Source: Narcine bancroftii (taxonomy: Eukaryota). From it: DNA of 64,000 bases. This document shows positions 12,501-24,800 of this stretch, in pieces. The stretch lies in NCBI RefSeq assembly GCF_036971445.1, contig NC_091478.1, positions 28,086,001-28,150,000 of the forward strand. Direction: 5' to 3'. The position numbers and the translations under genes were made by a program. Within the stretch, counting starts at the first letter, position 1, and the number at the start of each line of letters is the position of its first letter. Below the pieces are notes generated by a model that was not told where the DNA came from, made no database searches, and worked only from the letters and a program-made list of their open reading frames with translations.

Positions 12501-14959
12501 GTAAATTTTGTGCCTACTTGAATAATATGAAAATTCCTTCTTTCTTGGGTGTTGCCTCCTCCATATATCCATAAGTTTCATTTCCTGCATTGATTTAACC
12601 ATATATTTGGCTACTTTATTCTTTTTACTTGTCTTTTGTCCAGTTTTATCCAACATTGGGTCCAAATTAAGGTTAAAATCCCCTCCTATCAATATATTTC
12701 CTTGTGTGTCTGCAATCTTCAAAAAAATATCCTGCATAAACTTTGATCCTCCTCGTTAGGTGTGTATATATTGAGCAAATTCCAAAATTCTGAGTATATC
12801 TGACACTTTATCATTTGCATACCTCCCTGCCGGATCTATTATTTCCTCCTCTATTTTGATTGGTACATTTTTTTTGACTAGTATGGCTACATCTCTAGCT
12901 TTTGAATAATAGGATGTTGCCATTACGTGTCCTACCCAGTCTCTCTTTAGTTTGTTATGTTCCGCTTCAGTTAGATGCATTTCCTGCACAAATGCTATAT
13001 CTATTTTTTCCTTCTTCAATAAATTTAGTAGCCTCTTCCTTTTAATTTAGTTATGTATTCCATTAATGTTTATAGTCATATAGTTCAACATGGCCATCTT
13101 ATATCTTGCATGCACCTCTTCACCACCTCCATCCCCCTTTTCATCTCTTAGTTTTCTCTTATTACACTTAATGTACGACAACACATTTAAGAAATAAAGT
13201 ACCCCCGCAGTTCCCACATCCACTAATACCTTAACCCTAAAAGTTACCCCCCTCTCTGAGTTTCCCCATATCTCTTGCCGGGCAACCACAACTCCCCTTT
13301 TCATTTGGATTGAGATCTTGTTCGCAGTGTCAACTGATTTTGCAGTGACGGTTATTCCCCCTCCACCTAGCCCTCTCCAGAAAACACTTTTTTTTAACCC
13401 ATGTAACAAAGCTCTCTCTCTTTTTACCCTTTCTCCCTTCCTTCCCTCTTTAGTTCTTTACACATACATTGTTTTTACATCTTTATATATACTTTATCAC
13501 CGTTCTTCATTCTTGTTACATCTCTTCTCCTGTCCTGCAAACGTTCTGCAAATTCTTGCGCTTTCTCTGGATCCAAGAACAGCACTGCTGGATGTTTTAA
13601 TATGAATTTGTTACCTTTTTTCCTTAAAATCGAACTCCTTCCTCCTCTTTAAGAGTTCAAAACTTATGTCTGGGTAAAAAAATATTTTTTGACCCTTGTG
13701 TTTCAATGGTTTATTATCTTCTCTAATTTTATTCCTTGCCCCTTCCAGTATATTTTCTCTTGTCATGTATCTCAAAAATGTTACTAAGATGGATCTTGGT
13801 TTTTGATGTGTCTGTGGTTTTGGAGCTAGTGTTCTGTGTGCCCTTTCTATTTCCATTTCTTCCTGCATTCTTCCAGGACCTTCGGGATCCATCCTTTTAT
13901 AAATTCCTTCATGTCCGTGCCTTCTTCACCCTCCTTCAGGCCCACTATTTTTATGTTGTTTCGTCTACTATAATTTTCCAACATATCAATTTTCTGAGAT
14001 AAGAACTCTTGTGTCTCTAACTTTTTTGTCACTTTCTTCCAATTTTTCTCTTAAGTCATTCGCTTCCATTTCTACAGCTGTTTCCCACTCTTCCACATTC
14101 TCTACTCTTTTCCCTATTTCTCTCATTACCAGTTCTAACCTTTGCATTTTATCTTCTGTTCTTTTCATTTTCCTTTTAATTGCATTAAAGTCTAATGATA
14201 ACCATTCATTTAGTGATCTCATTTGTTCTTCAAAAAAGACTTTATCTATATTCGGTTCATCAGTTTTACCTTTTATTTTTCTTTGTCCATCAGTTTTACC
14301 TTCTACTTCTCTGTGAAGATCATGGTCTTCTTCCTCTTCTTCTGTGTCTGTACCTTCTCTTCTTTGTGTCTGTGTCTCTTCTGTTTTTTCTGATGAGCTG
14401 CTTGTATCTCTTTGTCGGGACTCTTCTTGCTGGGCCTCTTGTTGCTGTTCCTCCCCTCCTGGGCTGCTCATCTGTTGTGCTTCCTGACATTGGTCTTCTT
14501 GTTGATCTTCCCTCTGTCTGTCTTCCACATCTGTTTCATCACTCCCTCTTCTGCTGTCTTCCTTATCTTCCAGCTGAGAGCCCTAGTGTCGGGGGTCCCT
14601 CGATCTGTGACAGCCCGTTCCTCTGCTGAGCCTCCCTCTCGCCGGTGTCCTCTTTCTCCTTTGATTGCGCGCAGGCACTGATCTCGAGGGTTGGGTGCTC
14701 CTCATCACCACAGCGTCCTGTTCCTTCCTGCAGGTAACGCCTTTTTCTTTCTTCTCCAGTGACTTTTAAACTTTTTTTTTTCCAGTTGTTCTTACATTCT
14801 CCTTCTTGGAAGCCATTTTCTTTTTCTTCTCTGTATCTTTATCTTCTATTTCTTGTACTCTATTTTTGTTATGCTTTGCTTTTTCCTAACTTTTTTCTTA
14901 TTTTCCTGGAGAGGGCTGGTTTTCCCGACCGGCCACAACTCCATCACGTGACTCCTCCA
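9596..14959 (-). mobile_element. Near full-length L1 (ORF1 and ORF2 with endonuclease, RT and CCHC), frameshifted and internally deleted, sense to POLL
   Basis: 17-bp TSD CAGATTGCTAAATGCTT (9579-9595 and 14960-14976). 5' end GGAGGAGTCACGTGATG. ORF1 motifs LENYSRRNNIKIVGL and IERAHR; ORF2 motifs GGDFN, SRID, SDHSP, KAFDRVEW and LSP.LFAL; A-rich tail. Confidence 0.92.
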
Positions 14960-15951
14960 CAGATTGCTAAATGCTTCAAAATAATCTCTGCTGTGGTATA
15001 TCTGTGCTTAGGTACACAAAACTTAGGGTCTCTTTCTCTTTTGCAGCAGAGAAACGGGCCTTTCTAGTTTGTGCTGAACATAACCATAGAACCTTGCAGC
15101 ACAGAAAACAGGCCCTTCGGCCTTTCTAGTCTGTGACGATCATGATGCCCAAGCAAAAGTAAAACACTGTTGCTTACACATAACCTTCTAATCCTTGCAC
15201 ATTAATTTCTTTCTGTAAACCTGTTAGACACAATTGTAACTGCTTCCCCTGCTACCCACCACTCTCTGTGTAAAAAAAACCTTGCCCACACACCTCCTTT
15301 ATTCAACCCCTGACTTTAAACATGTGCCCTCCTGTGTGCGATGCTTTAACCCTGGGAAAAAAATTCTGACCATCTACACTGTCAATGCCTCTCATTATTT
15401 TATGAATTTCTCTCAAGTATCCCCTCAGCCTTTGACGCTCTGGAGAAAACAATCCAGGTTTGTCCACCCCTCCCCACAGCACATACCATCTAATCTTGGC
15501 ATTATCCAAGTAAACCTCTTCTGTCCCCTTTCCAAATCATCCACATCCTTCCTGTAAAGGGGAAACCAGAATTGCATGTGATACAACCCATCCAAAATTT
15601 TATATAGCTGCAACATTGCAATTTAAATTTAGATATTCAGCATGGTAACAGGTCATTTTGGCTCAAGAGCCTGTGCCACCCAATTAAACTTGATTAACTT
15701 ACAATGGTGGGAGGAAATCAGAGCCCCCTGGAAAAACCATCCAGACATGGGGAGAACATACAAACACTTAAGAGATAGCGAGGGATTCGAACCCCGGTCC
15801 CAATCATTGGTGCTGTAAAAGCGTTGCACTAACTGCTACGTTAACCATGGCTCTCAATAGAGATTCTGGCCAATACAGGCATGGAGGGGGATGTGAAGAT
15901 AGCTACAGCAAATGTACCAACTGCGTAGAGTCCCCAACCCTGAAAAAGCAC

Positions 15952-16125
15952 CTGATGGTACCATATCTGGGCTGTCTTCATTCCAGCCCCCCAGATGTTT
16001 GCAAATGCCTCCAAAACCGAGACACTCTCGCAGATATAGTCCAGCTTGCGCAGGTGTCCAGTTTCCAGGATTTCCCAAATCTTCTCGGCCATTCGCTTGC
16101 TGATGCCGTGAATCTGACAGGCTTC
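15952..16125 (-). CDS. POLL: POLL coding exon 4: lyase helix-hairpin-helix and fingers
   Basis: [28 protein letters not shown]...[16 protein letters not shown]. Acceptor TTCTGCAG|, donor CAG|GTGCTT; 174 nt. Confidence 0.96.
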
Positions 16126-16479
16126 CTGCAGAAAGGGAAGAGGGGGCTGACTCAGAACTGCACAAATCCTTGACATGAAAAAAATACAAATGCTGGAAGG
16201 AGTGAAACATGAAAGCAGACGCTGTGATTGTAGTAAAAATACAGAAATGCTGGGGGAAATTCAGCTGGTCTTGCATCGTCCATAGGAGGTAATTTTATAT
16301 TACCGATGTATGGGCCTGAGATCTTCTTCAAGGTATGAGTAGAAAGCAGACAGGCGCATGAATTAAAAGAAGGAAAGAAAGGGCAGGAGGAGGAATGCAG
16401 ACCAAAGGACAAAGAATATAATTGGAAACAGATAGGAGGACAGGATCAGTGAGGGGGGGGGGGGGGAGACAGAGAGATT

Positions 16480-17050
16480 ATTAAGAGGCAAGGACAGGGA
16501 TGTGGAGAAGACAGAAACCGGAGATGTCGATGTTCATACCATCCAATTGGAGGGTGCCCCAGACAGAATATTAGATGTTAACTCCTCCAATTTAGCAGTG
16601 CATGAGACCATGGACAGAGGTGTCAGCATGGGAATGGGGCAGGGAACTGAAATGGGAAAACCCTACTATTGCGGAAGACAGAGCTGAAGTGCTGAACGAA
16701 GCGATCTCCCAATCTGTGTCCAGTCTTTCCGATATAGAAACTGGATATAGAGACTGGGAGCCAAGGATGCAGTAGATGATCCCTTCATACACGTGTTGCT
16801 TCACTTGCAAGGTGTGTTTGGGAATGGAGGTGTGGGTGCAAGTGAAGCATCTCCTGTGCTCACATGGGTAGGCGCCAAGGGGGCGACTGGTGGGAAGAAT
16901 GGACGAGGGAGTTCTGGAGGGAGCGGTTCCTGCGGAAGGAGGAGAGGGAGTTTTGACTGGTAGTTTGATCACATAGTAGGTTTTGGAAATGGCAGGGGAT
17001 GTGTTGGATGTGGAAGCTGGCGGGGTGGTAGGTGAGGACAAGGGAAATGC
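16480..17050 (-). mobile_element. Penelope-like element remnant (GIY-YIG endonuclease region)
   Basis: C..RRCFTC.H...IIYCI, then YIG(K)TG..LG.RF..H across a frameshift. Similar fragments at about 23870-24050. Confidence 0.6.
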
Positions 17051-17937
17051 TAGAAATCTGCCTTCATTGGTCAGGGCATTGAGTACAGGAGCAGGAATGT
17101 CACATCACAAGGATGTTGGTGAAACCACACTGATTGTGCACAGTTTTAATCACCCAGCTATCATTGAGATGGAAAGGTACAGAAAAGATTGACAAGAATG
17201 TTCCTGGACTGGTCGGCTTGAATTATAAGCAAAAGCTGGGACTTTACTCCCTGGAACTGAGGAGGCTAAAATTGGTGAGGCTAATGTGTGCAATTTTGTT
17301 CACCTAACTACAAGAATTATATCAAAAAGATAGAAAGAGTGCAGAAATTTACCAGAATGTTGCTGGGACTTGAGGAACTTAGTGACAGGGAAAGGTTAAA
17401 CTGGTTAGGACTTTATATCCAAGAAGATTTGATGGAGGTATACAAAATTATGATGGATAGATAGAGTAAATACAAACAGGCTTTTTCTGATGCGGTTGGG
17501 TGAGACAAGGACTAGAACACATGGGTTCAGGATGAAATATTTAAAGGGAACATTAGGAGGAACTTCACAGAGAGTGGTGGGTGTGTGGAATAAGCTGTCA
17601 GCTGAAGTGGTGAATGTGGGCTCAATTTTAATAGGGAGGAATGTAGAAGGATATGGTCCAGGTGCATCTGCACCTATTATACTAGGCAGTATAATAGTTT
17701 GGTACAGACTGGATAGGCCGAAGGGCCTGTTTCTGTGTTGTAGTGTTCCATGGTTCTCTGCTGCCTGACCTGCTGAGGTTTGCAAGTGGTTTTGGTTTTT
17801 ATTTCAGGTTTCTGGCAACTGCAGGACTTTCTCCCTTCTTTCTAGGATCTCATCAGTTACATTGACTTGGTTGGTCAGAATACTGTTATCCCTAAATAGA
17901 ATCTTCCTTCATTTTGGAAAAGGTGAAATTGCTGTAC

Positions 17938-18222
17938 CTCATACGAGGAGATCGGCTTATGGTAACTGCTCAGTGCATTGATGGCTTTGCTGTATCCCAG
18001 TGCCCTCCATTTGTCACCCTGGTGAGTATATGCAGTCTCCAAAGCCTTCAGCTTGTCTGTGATGGCCTTGTTTTGGTTCTTTTGCTTACTCTCTGATGAT
18101 CGGGCACACACCCACTTGTTGTGGTCAAAAGTAGGACGCCGGCCCCCTGAGATCAATGCTTGTAGGTCGTGCTGGGAAACGTTATCATCTTCAGAGTCGC
18201 TGCTGCTATCAGCATGGGATAA
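17938..18222 (-). CDS. POLL: POLL coding exon 3: linker and start of the 8-kDa dRP-lyase domain
   Basis: ...KWVCARSS...[31 protein letters not shown]...SYE. Acceptor CTTTCCAG|, donor GAG|GTACAG; 285 nt. Confidence 0.95.
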
Positions 18223-18879
18223 CTGGAAAGACATTGCACAGTGGCTTCAGTGTGAGTCAAACACTTCAATACACTACTCTCTGTTCAACCCTGACACTCC
18301 CAATTGGATCAGTTGGTAAATATACAAGAAAGGCTTGCATTTAATGGTCAGTGTAACACTATTACAGCACCAGTGACCTGGGTTCTAATCTGGCGCTGTC
18401 TGTAAAGAGTTTATATGTTCTCCCCATGTCTGCATGGGTTTCCTCTGGGTGCACTGGTTTCCTCCCACCATTCAAAACACATGGGGAGTTGTAGGTCAAT
18501 TGGTGTATTTGGGCGGAATGGGCTGGTGGGCTGGAAGGGCCTGTTATGGTGCTATGTGTCTAAATTTAAATTTAACATTGAACATAACCAATACAGCACA
18601 GGAACAGGCTCTTCAGAGGCTACATGGTGTAGCATTTGTAAACAGCATTGGATTGCAAGCGACTCTGACAGCATCTCCCAAACTGTAATCTCTGTGAAAA
18701 GGACAGGAATTTCCTTCCCACCCAGTCCCCCCACCACCCCATTCAGCTGGTTTTTCTGCAATTCACACACCATCAATATTGCTGGGTTTAAACTCTCAAC
18801 AAACCACAGCCCAGGACTGTAGTGATTCAATGAGGATGCTCATTACTCCTTTCTGAACTGCAATAAGGGATGGGCAACG

Positions 18880-19442
18880 CTCATGTAATAGTTGATCCAG
18901 TGTAAAAGTTGACCCTTTTATATTTGGCCCATCTAGCTCCCGATGCCCTGATCATGGACTCTCGCCCTAGCCTCCTGCCCACTAGAGCTCCCAATGACTT
19001 GGCCACTGTCTCTCTCCTAGGCCTCAGCTGCTCACCTGTCCGAGCTCCCGACACCCCAACCGCCCACCCATTCAATCTCTAGCCGCCTCAGCCACTGTCT
19101 CCCTCCTCGGCCCCAGCTGCCTGCCTGTCCGAGCTCCTGACTCCCCAACTGCCCACCCATCCAATCTCCCGACGCCCTGGGCACACTCTCTCCAGGGCCT
19201 CGGCTGCCCATCCATCTGAGCTCCCGATTCCCCAACCACCCACTCATCCGAGCTCCCGAAGCCCCGAACGCAGAATTACCACCAGTCCCAGCCATCTGAA
19301 CTCCCGACGCCTTGAACGATGCAGGTACTTAACACAGTCAAAAGTAGGATCCAAGTAAAAGTTGACCCCTAAGCCCGCCTCCCCCACTCCTAAATTTGAC
19401 CTGAAAAACTGGCACAAAACAACTCGACTATTACAGTATATA
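18880..19442. mobile_element. Probable non-autonomous Tc1/mariner-type element with internal CCGAGCTCCCGA repeats
   Basis: Subterminal GTAAAAGTTGACCC at both ends; GC-rich repeated core. Confidence 0.45.
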
Positions 19443-19766
19443 AACATTGAACTGGTCAGTGTACCAAAACCGAGACAAACAATAAACATTTAAGAATTGA
19501 GCACAGAGAATATCCCATGGGAGCATTATGAAAATAAGTATTATTTACAGCCACACAAAGACCTATTAAAATAGCCCTTTTGGCCACAGTGGTTGTTTTG
19601 AAGGGAGAGAGAATTTATTAGTGAGGGAATTGCAGAGTTTCAACCCTTGGAGCTCTGGGGAAGACCTGCAGTGCCGGATTGAAAAAGGGAACTGTGACTA
19701 GAACTAAGAAGTCCAAGGATTATAGTGCTGGAAGAGGTTTGAGATGAGTGGGCAGGATTACCCTAC

Positions 19767-20260
19767 CTTATCTGCAGAGATGTGAAATGTTTCTGCTGTG
19801 GTGTCTGGTGGGGGCTCAATGATATTCTCCTCTGGCTTTGGAGAGTTCAAACCAGCATGTGATGACAATACCGATTGTCTGTTGTCTTCAGGATATGGGT
19901 TTCCCTGCTGGCTCTCATTGCCTGACTTATGAGCACAGATACGCTGCTCAGGTTGAAGACAGCTGTCCGGAATGTAGATGCTGTGGCCTGCGGTGCTCAA
20001 AAGTCTTCTCTCTGAGATACACAAACTCAGCCAAGCGGAGTGCACCAGCTGGACATTGGGAGGTAGTCTCTGCAGCTTCAGGAGGCGCAAAGCACGGTCA
20101 CAGCCCATCGCGTCGTCCACAATCACATGGGTAACAGCTGGGCTGAAGGCAAGGCTGACCTTGCCACCATTCTGTGCAATCTGCTTCTGAAAGATCTCAG
20201 TCCGGGTCTTTCCGATGCCTGCCTGAATGATGTGTGCTGTCACTCCACTCAACCACAGTT
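19767..20260 (-). CDS. POLL: POLL coding exon 2: BRCT domain and start of the Ser/Pro-rich linker
   Basis: ELWLSGVTAHIIQAGIGKTRTEIFQKQI...VTHVIVD...LVHSAWLSLCISERRL matches the Pol lambda BRCT domain. Acceptor TTCCCGCAG|, donor AAG|GTAGGG; 494 nt, phase 1 to 0. Confidence 0.93.
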
Positions 20261-20389
20261 CTGCGGGAAGGAAGGCAAGGATGAGAATATTAAAATGATG
20301 CTGCCACCAATATCTGCGGTAAGCGGAAGTCACCAGGGCTTGGCTGCATGATGTGATCATGGCAAAATTGAATTGGGGGGAGCAACAAG

Positions 20390-20610
20390 GGTGGCACGGT
20401 TAGCGTAGCGATTAGTGCAACACTGTTACAGCACCAGTGACTCAGGTCCAAATCCTAAGGAGTATGTACATTCTCCCCATGTCTGCATGGATTTCCTCCA
20501 GGACTCCGGTTTCCTCCCACCATTCAAAAAGTACGGGGGGGGTTGTAGGTTAATTGAGTGGCATGGGCTCATGGACTGATAGGGCCTGTTACTGTACTGT
20601 GTGTCTAAAT
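20390..20610 (+). mobile_element. tRNA-derived V-domain SINE. Other copies at about 8810-9010, 15640-15845(-), 18345-18570, 30850-31070, 34620-34830(-), 50450-50650 and 63730-63960
   Basis: A-box/B-box-like head (GGTTAGCGTAGCGATTAG...GGTTCAAATCC) followed by the TTCTCCCCATGTCTGCATGG...TTTCCTCCCAC core. Confidence 0.75.
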
Positions 20611-22145
20611 TTTTCTTCCTCTCATACTGTGGAAAAGCAGAATGCAATTTTGTGTAATATTACATATTCTATACTATTACATGACAATAATGGGATCTTG
20701 AAGCAACTGCATCAGTAATTAGAGATCACTGTCTTCAAAAAACTGGAAGAGAAATATCATCTCATCCCTTTTTCCCACACCTAGAGCTGTCACCATCTGA
20801 CCTAACCATCCAAAAAGATGGTGGAATCAGATGATCACAGCAATGAATTCCAGTTACAGGGTGACTAATCCACAGGCTGGGGACTAGTGATCAGGAATCG
20901 GTTCAAATCCCACAGACCACAGCTATTCCAGTGTAGCAGCTACGTGGGATCTGAGGTGTGCGTCACTCCTGAAGCTGCACCTGGATAATCACGAACTGGC
21001 ACATGCCACCCAATTTCCAGCTCCAGAGGAAGCATCTGTACCATGGCAAGACCACCTTTGCATCACCCAACTCCAGGCTCACCAGCTGCTGGAAACCGAG
21101 ACTTGATGGTCCTCGCTGCCTACCTTTGTTCTACACTCCAAAAGGTTTAAGCCATCCCAAACTCTGCTCCCGGCTCCAAAGCTGTTGCAAGTTCCATTAG
21201 GCCCATGGCACCTAACTTTAACAAAGCTCTACCCACATGTTCTTGCCCCTCCCGAAAATTGATGTTCTCTTTAGTCCTTTGGGAAACCTGCATTTCCCCA
21301 GTTCTGGCTTCTTACTCACCCCCAACTTCTATCACTTTATCTCTGGAGTCATCTCTTCAACAATCTGGGCCCTCAGCTCTGGAGTTTCTGTCCAAACTTC
21401 CTCTTTCCCTCTTTTAAAGTGCTGTCCTCTAAACTCTTTACATAACTCCATGCCAACAACAAACACATTGTTGTCATGCCTTCCAACTTTTATAATATTT
21501 GTGATAAGGACTTCAGGAATTGAGAAAGGTTAAACAGGTTAAGACTTTAATCCCTGGAATGTAGAAGGAGAAGATTTGATAGAGGTTTTTTAAATGATGA
21601 GGGAGATAGACAGAGTAAATGTAGATAGGCTTTTTCAGAAGGTAGGTGAGATTCAAATCAGAGGACATGTGTTAAGGGTGAAAGGGGAAAAGTTTGGGGG
21701 AGGGGGAACTGCTTCACTCACACAGGGGTGGGAATGTGGAATGAGATGCCAGCTGAAGCGGTGAATGCGGGCTCGATTTTAACATTTAGGAAGAATTTGG
21801 CCAGGTACATGGATGAGTGGGGTATGGAAGGCTATGGACTGGGTGCAGGTCAGTGGGACTAGGGAGGAAAATAGTTTGACACAGACTAGAAGGGCCGAAG
21901 GGCATGTTTCTATGCTGTAATGTTCTATGGTTCTAAGTGTAAAAGTCTTTGCAACTCTGGGAAGATAAGCTGAAATAAGTTACTCCATAGCAAAGTGTAA
22001 CACAGCAGTCAATAGTGCACTGAAAGTTCCTGTAAACAGCATTGTGATAACATGAAGTTTGATATAAACCCACACTAATCTCAAGTTTGTTTTCAGTTTC
22101 AAACCCCGCACTGTATACAGTGGTGAAGACCATGGCCAGTTCTAC

Positions 22146-22254
22146 CTTTAACTTCCTCTGGCTTTGCCTTCTTCTGGGTCACCTCAGCTGTGGCCGCCTG
22201 GATCTCCTGGGCTCGCTTCACCTTTCGAAATGCTTTCACGATCCCCTTAGACAT
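22146..22254 (-). CDS. POLL: DNA polymerase lambda, first coding exon (MSKGIVKAFRKVKR...PEEVK); the exon probably begins at 22288 with 34 nt of 5'UTR
   Basis: ATG at 22254-22252. Resembles the vertebrate Pol lambda N-terminus (GI-KAF-K). Phase-1 donor G|GTAGA; pyrimidine-rich acceptor ...TTGACTAG at 22290-22289. 109 nt, joins in frame to the BRCT exon. Confidence 0.88.
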
Positions 22255-24360
22255 GTCAGATGGATGTCGGGGCAAGCAGGTAATCCACCTAGTCAACAAT
22301 TCACAAGGAAAACACACTTGAGTCATCATCTGTTCTCTATTTCCTCCCCAAAGTTGCTGAACTTCTTGGGGGTTTTTGCCAGAGGATGTGTTGGCACTGC
22401 AATAACTCAGCCATGAGGTGGTTTGGATTCCATGAACCCAGAGAACAATCACTGATTGATTATTCAATTCCTGCAGCAACCCTGTCCAAGCTTGAAAATG
22501 ACCTCCACCCCCCCCACCCAAATATCCTCGTACCCCTTGTAGGAATTAATGAACAATGGTGCATTAACAGTTAGCCCAATGTGTGAGACTCCAATGGAAA
22601 ATGATCAAATCAACAGGTGCTCTATGAGATCAGATAGTCAGGGATTGATTTGGGATGGTGAACATTGCTTTGCGTGTGGTTCATCATGTTTAACAATTAG
22701 TTTTTTGGGGAGGTTACCAGCAACATTGATGAAGGAAAGGCTGTGAATGTTGTCTACATTTGGGAGGTTAGTCAAGAAGGTTCAGAGGCGTGAAACATTG
22801 GCTATATATCTTTACCTCCTATGGACGCTGCAAGACCTGCTGAGTTCCTCCAGCATTTCCCTACAATGGAAGCATCTGCAGGCTTTAGTGTTTCAATCTT
22901 CTTCTGTAGTCTTTCCAAAACCTCTGCACCCTGGGGTGAATGAGAAAAGTCTGCAGATGAAGTGATTGTAGTAAAAACACACAAAAATGCTGGAGGAACT
23001 CAGACGGTGTCGCAGTGTCCATAGGAAGTAAAGATATATAACTGATGTTCCTTTGTCAAGGAATAACAGGAAGGCACCACAATAAAGACTGGAGAGAGAA
23101 AGGGGGAGGAGTCCCCAACAGACAAAAGGTGTTAATCAGATATGATAAAGAGAAAGGTGACTGATTTTGGCTTTGAAACAGAGGAAAGAGAGAGAGGAAA
23201 CACACACACATGTACTCATAGAGCTAGGGGAAAGGCAGCAGGGGGAAGAAGTGGGGGTTGAGGGTGGTGAGAAGTCGATGTTAATGTCAACCGTTTAGAG
23301 GGTGTCCAGTTGGAAAATGAGGTGTTGTTCCTCCAAATTGTGGGTGGTCTCAGTCTGGTAGTGCATGAGACATTTGATGTGGAAGCTATGGAGAGGGTGC
23401 AGAGATTTACCAGGATGCTGCCTGAATTGGAAAACAACTCTTATGAGGCAAGATTAGCAGAGCTGGGACGGTTCTCTTTGAAGTGAAGAAGGATGAGAGG
23501 AGACTTAATAGAGGTCTACAAGATTATGAGATAGATACGGTGGACAGTCAGTGCCTTTTTCCCAGGGCAGGAATAGCAAACACCAAAGGATGTATGTACA
23601 ATGTGAAGGGAAGAAAATTTAGGGGAGACATCAGGGGTAAGGTTTTTTTTTTACACAGAGTTATGGGAATGTCTTGCCAGGAGTGGTGGAGGCTGAAACA
23701 TTAGGGGCATTTACAAGACTCTTAGACAGACACATGGATGGAAGAAAAAATAGAGGGTGATGAGGTAGGGAGGGTTTGGTTCTTTTTTAAAAAGGAATAT
23801 ATAGGTTGGCACAACAATGAGAGCCAAAGAGCCTGTGCTGTGCGGTAGTGTTCCATGAGACTAATAGACTGACATGTCGGCAAGATAATGGGGTGGGGAA
23901 CTGAAATGGGTGATCCACGCTATTGCGGCGGACAGAGCCGAGGTGCTCAACGAAGCGATCTCCCCAAGTCTCTCCGACGGAGAGGAGACCACTGTAGGAG
24001 CTCCGGATGCAGTCGGTGACCCCTGTAGATTCACAAGTCAAGTGTGAACAGGGGGAACCAGATTCCTTGCCCCTTCCCCGCCCCGAATCCAGGCGGCCCA
24101 ACACTCCAGTCCATCAGCACCTGCTCTTCAGTCCCCGCCAACGCCATTGGTGCCCACACTGACCAATAGCCGAGTAGGAGGGAGCCAATCAGAGCAGGAT
24201 GTGGGGCCAGACTCCGAGAGCTGGGGTCAAAGCCCCTAGCGCCCGCCTGATCGGTGCCGATCTCGGCCCCATCCTTATCCCCACGGAATATTTTGGAGGA
24301 TCCCCATTCCGGTCTCGTTGCCGCTCTCGCCTCACCTCACCGCAGCTCAGCTCAGCTCAC

Positions 24361-24420
24361 CGGAAATGTCCGTTGGCATCAAACCCACTTCCGGCGTGGC
24401 CAGGTCCTCAACCACGCAAT
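24361..24420 (-). other. POLL: Probable non-coding first exon of POLL (5' boundary uncertain)
   Basis: Minus-strand donor CCG|GTGAGC at 24360, with alternative GTGAG donors at 24340 and 24335, inside the CpG-rich region. The first coding exon has an acceptor upstream of its ATG, so an upstream exon is required. Confidence 0.55.
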
Positions 24421-24586
24421 AATTTAATTGATCATTAAATTCATAAACAGTGCAAGGAATGGAAGCGAAGAAGCGCCCGGGGGGGTTGACGACAGCGGAG
24501 GGGAGCGAGGGGTGGCCGCGGTGAACAATCTGTGCAGCGGGTCAGGGGTCAGGGGTCAGGGCGGACGGTGTTGCCATAGAGACGAG

Positions 24587-24650
24587 ATGGCGGCGATGGA
24601 CTGGATGGCACGGCTGCGGGAGGCGAGGAAAACCGGCGTGGTGCAAGAAG
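24587..24650 (+). CDS. DPCD: DPCD exon 1 (MAAMDWMARLREARKTGVVQE-G)
   Basis: Matches the DPCD N-terminus pattern (W...LR.A.KT...Q.G). Good Kozak context GAGATGG; donor AAG|GTGAGG; 64 nt. Confidence 0.92.
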
Positions 24651-24800
24651 GTGAGGGCCAGGCGGTGCAAGAGCGCCGGGGAAAGGGGGTGTTGGTGAGC
24701 CCAAGGGTGCAGAGGGGCGGGCGGGCGGGGGGGGGGGGGGGGGTGAGCCCAAGCGTACAGAGGAGCGGAGGAGGTGAGCTCGAGGGTGAAGAGGGGCGGG

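Larger units (their letters stand above)
24060..24800. promoter_or_regulatory. CpG-island bidirectional promoter shared by POLL and DPCD
   Basis: CpG-rich stretch in a CpG-poor background. CCAAT boxes (24146-24150 reverse, 24163-24167, 24185-24189), ETS/GABP-type CCGGAA (24360-24365) and ACTTCCGG (24387-24394), forkhead ATAAACA (24443-24449), X-box-like GTTGCCATAGAGAC (24570-24583), YY1-like AGATGGCGGC over the DPCD ATG. Confidence 0.8.
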
